Below the pieces are notes generated by a model. That model was not told where the DNA came from and searched no databases. It saw only the letters and a list, made by a program, of their open reading frames with translations. Position numbers and translations under genes: made by a program. Shown piece by piece: positions 60,240-64,000 of a stretch of DNA of 64,000 nt. The stretch's first letter is position 1; each line of letters begins with the position of its first letter. Source of the stretch: the human T2T-CHM13v2.0 reference genome, Homo sapiens; NCBI RefSeq assembly GCF_009914755.1, contig NC_060932.1; one strand, written 5' to 3'.

Positions 60240-60890
60240 TATGGGTAGGCATTAAAGTTAGATCTGGCATCAACTTCTGGTTCTGCCACTATCTAGCTGT
60301 ATGACTTGCATTAGTTTAGCAACATTTCTGAACCTCATTATTCAATAATTGAATAAAAATAATACTTGACAAATAACCTAATATACATAAAACACTTAAC
60401 ACAGTGGCAGGCACATATTCAAATAATAATTATTAATATTATCATTCATAATATCTTATCCTGAAGCTAAAAATTCAGCCAACTGTATGATCCTCTGGCC
60501 CATGTTGCCTGATCTTGTCCACATGCACATCATGCCTGGCTTTGTAGAACTGAGATACAAAGAATTCCTCTCCGCTCTCAGCTGGGATAATGAAAAAAGA
60601 TCTCAAGGGCTCTGGTATCAGACAGGCCTGAGGGGAAAAGCATGGGCGTGGTCAGAAAACCTGAGTTAAAGACCTGCCTTTCTTCTTAATCACCTCCATG
60701 ATCTTAGACGGGGTATTTAGCACCCTGAGAATTTTCTCATCTGTGAAAGTGACAAAATAATAGCTGTCACTGTCCTCCAGAGTATCCTGGTGCTGATGAC
60801 ATGAAACAATGTCTATAAGATTGCTTTGAAATATTGAAATCGTTAATATATTTAACATGGATTGCATCTAATTATCATTATTATTTGTTA
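60240..60890. mobile_element. MIR SINE fragments
   Basis: ctggttctgccactatctagctgtatgacttg...tctgaacctca and ttttctcatctgtgaaagtg match the MIR core. Confidence 0.6.
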
Positions 60891-63800
60891 TTAAAGGACC
60901 TTAATTTTTTCCTTTCTGTATTCTCCTCCCACACCAACTACTCACAATCGGCTTCAAAATCTTTCATCAAATTTCGATGTGGACTCACTGCAAGCTCATA
61001 CTTCTAGAGTTATAATTTTTAATATTCTCTTTTTAAAAAAGTATTACAGATTTTGCCCAGTTCCAGTTTTAAGGCATCTCCCTTTACTTTAACATCCCTC
61101 ACCTGGACCATGTTTGCAACTTTTCTCAATTTGAGGATACGTCACTCAACAACATTAGGTGTCTACAATTCACCTGAGCCATGTGGCAGTTCTGATTTAC
61201 CTTGACTTTCCAGAGTATGTTTGCTCTTTTCACTGGTGAGTCATCGAAAGAGCGCTCCTGTGAGGTAAGGTAGACTTGAGCATGATGTTCATAAATAATT
61301 GCAAATGAAGAAAACAATATAAACTACATAGGGACATTGCAGAGGTTAAATGTCATTTTGGTGATAACAACAGATAACATTTATTGAGCCTATACCGTGT
61401 ACCATTATACTAAGTTATTTATCCATTATTCAAATAAACCATTAAGAAGTGGTATTCATCAAGCTTATTTGCAATTGATCTATCAAAATTCCAATTTTGA
61501 GAGCTTTTACTGCTTGCATTATCTTTTTTTCTTATCTTTGTCTTTCTGAATTATCTTTTATACTTTTCTTTTTCCTATATCTAAACCCGCAGTTCTAAAT
61601 CCTACCTACACCCCAGATTTTTTTCTGAGATAACTGAAAAATTCTTACTTTTCTCTCAGAGTTTCTCAAACTTCCATTCTATCAGCAATTTTTTTCCTAT
61701 TGAGATTTAAGCCCCAAGTAACAGTTACTGAAACCTTATATCTACTTATTTTAAATTTTCAGTTAAATGTAATTATAGAGATCTTAACTAATTATTAATA
61801 GATAAAATGTTTTACTGAGGTCATAAGCAGAATCTTAACAAGATACGTAAATATATAAAATATATAGTTGTGTTTTCTTTGCCTAAAATAAGAGTAGAAT
61901 AGTTTTAAAGAGAGATTCTCAAAAGCATTGAAAAAAGGACAAATCTATCATAACCTCTTACAGCAGATGATTGCTTTAAATTACTTAAACAGACTTTGGC
62001 AGTCTAACGTTTCTTCTCACCCTGCTTTATAATCAAAGTGTGCTGACATGCAAAATTTCTGTAAAAAGAAGAACCTCTTTTCTCTTTACTGTAATAGTGC
62101 CCAAATCCTCCTTCCTGGTAAAAAGTACAGCAATCATTTTATCATTGTAATCTTTTTTCCTCTTATAAGGATAAAAGTTTAAACTTTTTTTTAAGACATT
62201 GCATTTAAAATACATAGAACTCTTTCCTTAAGAAGACAAGAAGGATAAGCACATACACACATACCACGTGGCACATGGTAAATATTTAACTGTGTAAGTC
62301 TTGCTTTTGTACATATACTTCATGCTCTCTTGATATAGAGAAATACAACTGAGCTATGACTATGTGCAGAGGTTATTTGTTGTGTAACTAATTCACATAT
62401 AAGTTTGCTCTGATCTGCATAAAACCTTCTATCTTTTGAAAGAAAAAAATACACACTATTTTCTAGATCACAAACAGCCCCATCATTTTAAATTCTCGTA
62501 ATGAACAACACTGGCCTCTGCTGGTAACCAAGGTCGTGATGAACCATCCAGGCTGCTGAAGGTACTGCCTTTATCCAGGTGGATCTAAACTTGCTTGGGA
62601 TTTTTATTGTTTTTATTCATTTGTCAATGATAGGAGACTTGTCAATTTATGAGGGATCCAACAGTGAAAATCTCTAGCTCTAGCTATGGGCTTAAATGGA
62701 TTCAAATTATAGTTCTAGAATCTGCCATTTTTTCTGGTCTAATAAATTTAAATGTTTCTGCTTTAATACTGAAATTTAAAAATGATTTTTTAATAGCAAA
62801 AAGTTGAAAGTAAAAAGAGTGGATGAATTACAACTACATTTTTTAAGAGTAATAACTATACAGAATACAAACACATATTCCTTTTAGTGTATTTGCCTTA
62901 CTTCCCAGTATGCGTCATCTTATTCATAAAATGCAATGGAAACTGCTTGAATGTATGGGAAATGCAACCTAGATCTTCATAGAAATTACAAATATGCCAG
63001 AAAATACTGTGTATCCAAGTGGAGCAACTACCCAAAATTTTACACAAATTTTCTGAATTTGTTCCCCAATAATTCTGCAAAGAAAAATAAAAGAATATTT
63101 GTATTTTAGTAATGTTGAGATTTTTTTAAAAGAAAATATAAAATTTATTTGATAACCTATGCTAAAGACACAAACTACAAACTTCCAAATTGACTGCTAG
63201 TATAAGGCATGCTTTCTGGCATTGTCTCAATGGGCCTTAGCCTGAGAAGTGAGAACAATCTCTAGAACACTTGGGGCATTTTCCTCAATGGCCACTGAGG
63301 GTGAACATTGACCAAACCTGGGAGGACTTTTGCTCCTGAAAGGTCCCATTAAAGAACCTGGAACATATTTAAAAGATAAAAAATTGAGACCAACATAGGC
63401 TAAAATGCTCGCCTACATTGTCAAAGGAATAAAGAAACAGAAATATGTGAACATTTGTTCCTGCGTTTGTCTAAAGAAACTTGGAATATTGTACCCTAAA
63501 GGATACCGCAGGATGAAATGTCAATACAGAGAGAATAGAGAATAACTCATTGGTATGGAATTTAACTTTGGCAGTAGAAGTTCAGTCAGGGAATGGTAGT
63601 GAACAGCCTTCTCAAAGTAGTAAAGGGGAACGAAATCTTTAATTTGCAGCGTGCTAATTAAACGAAATCTGCTGCGATTAAAAGCTCCAGTCATTGAGGT
63701 ACAGACCTATGTAGAAATAGAAAAAAACCTTAGTCACTACCAACCTCAAACATACTTGAAATAGTGACCATGTATATCTCATGAGTCGGTGAGTATTTTA

Positions 63801-64000
63801 TAAAATATCAATGTTTCACAGGAATAGTTTGTAGTTGTTGCTTTTCCTTTTCTTTTTCTCCCTTTCTCTCTTCCTTCCTTCCCTCTGTCCCTCCTCCGTT
63901 TCTTCTTTTCTATTTTTTCCCTCTTTTCCTTTTTTGTGGGTTTAAATCACGAACTTCCAATGGAAAACTGTTTTCTGTGTTTTTGAGAATCACACACTCC

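Overview
Primate DNA, almost certainly human (chr8q12.3 by gene content). The centre is the intronless bHLH transcription factor gene BHLHE22 (BHLHB5; CDS 30213-31358, +, 381 aa), inside a cluster of CpG islands (~24.9-37 kb). It faces, tail to tail, the last two coding exons of CYP7B1 (oxysterol 7-alpha-hydroxylase; exon 5 54106-54281, exon 6 CDS 46066-46353, -); the upstream CYP7B1 exons lie beyond the window. The left 17 kb is mostly retroelements: a processed NDUFA4/COXFA4 pseudogene, a truncated L1PA with a short 3' transduction, a 4.7-kb twin-primed inverted L1PA, Alus, MSTA, MLT1, L2 and MIR. I found no CRISPR array, tRNA, rRNA or prokaryote-like system, and nothing here is a proven new biological system. 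Best leads: (i) two overlapping uORFs in the BHLHE22 5' leader, one encoding a strongly basic peptide; (ii) a 43-nt candidate alternative CYP7B1 exon that would remove the heme cysteine; (iii) four same-orientation CTCF motifs upstream of BHLHE22, plus motif-dense repeat-free blocks downstream and inside CYP7B1; (iv) several well-preserved retrotransposition signatures. Repeat subfamily names and reference protein or miRNA comparisons are from memory, not from a database search, and repeat boundaries are approximate.
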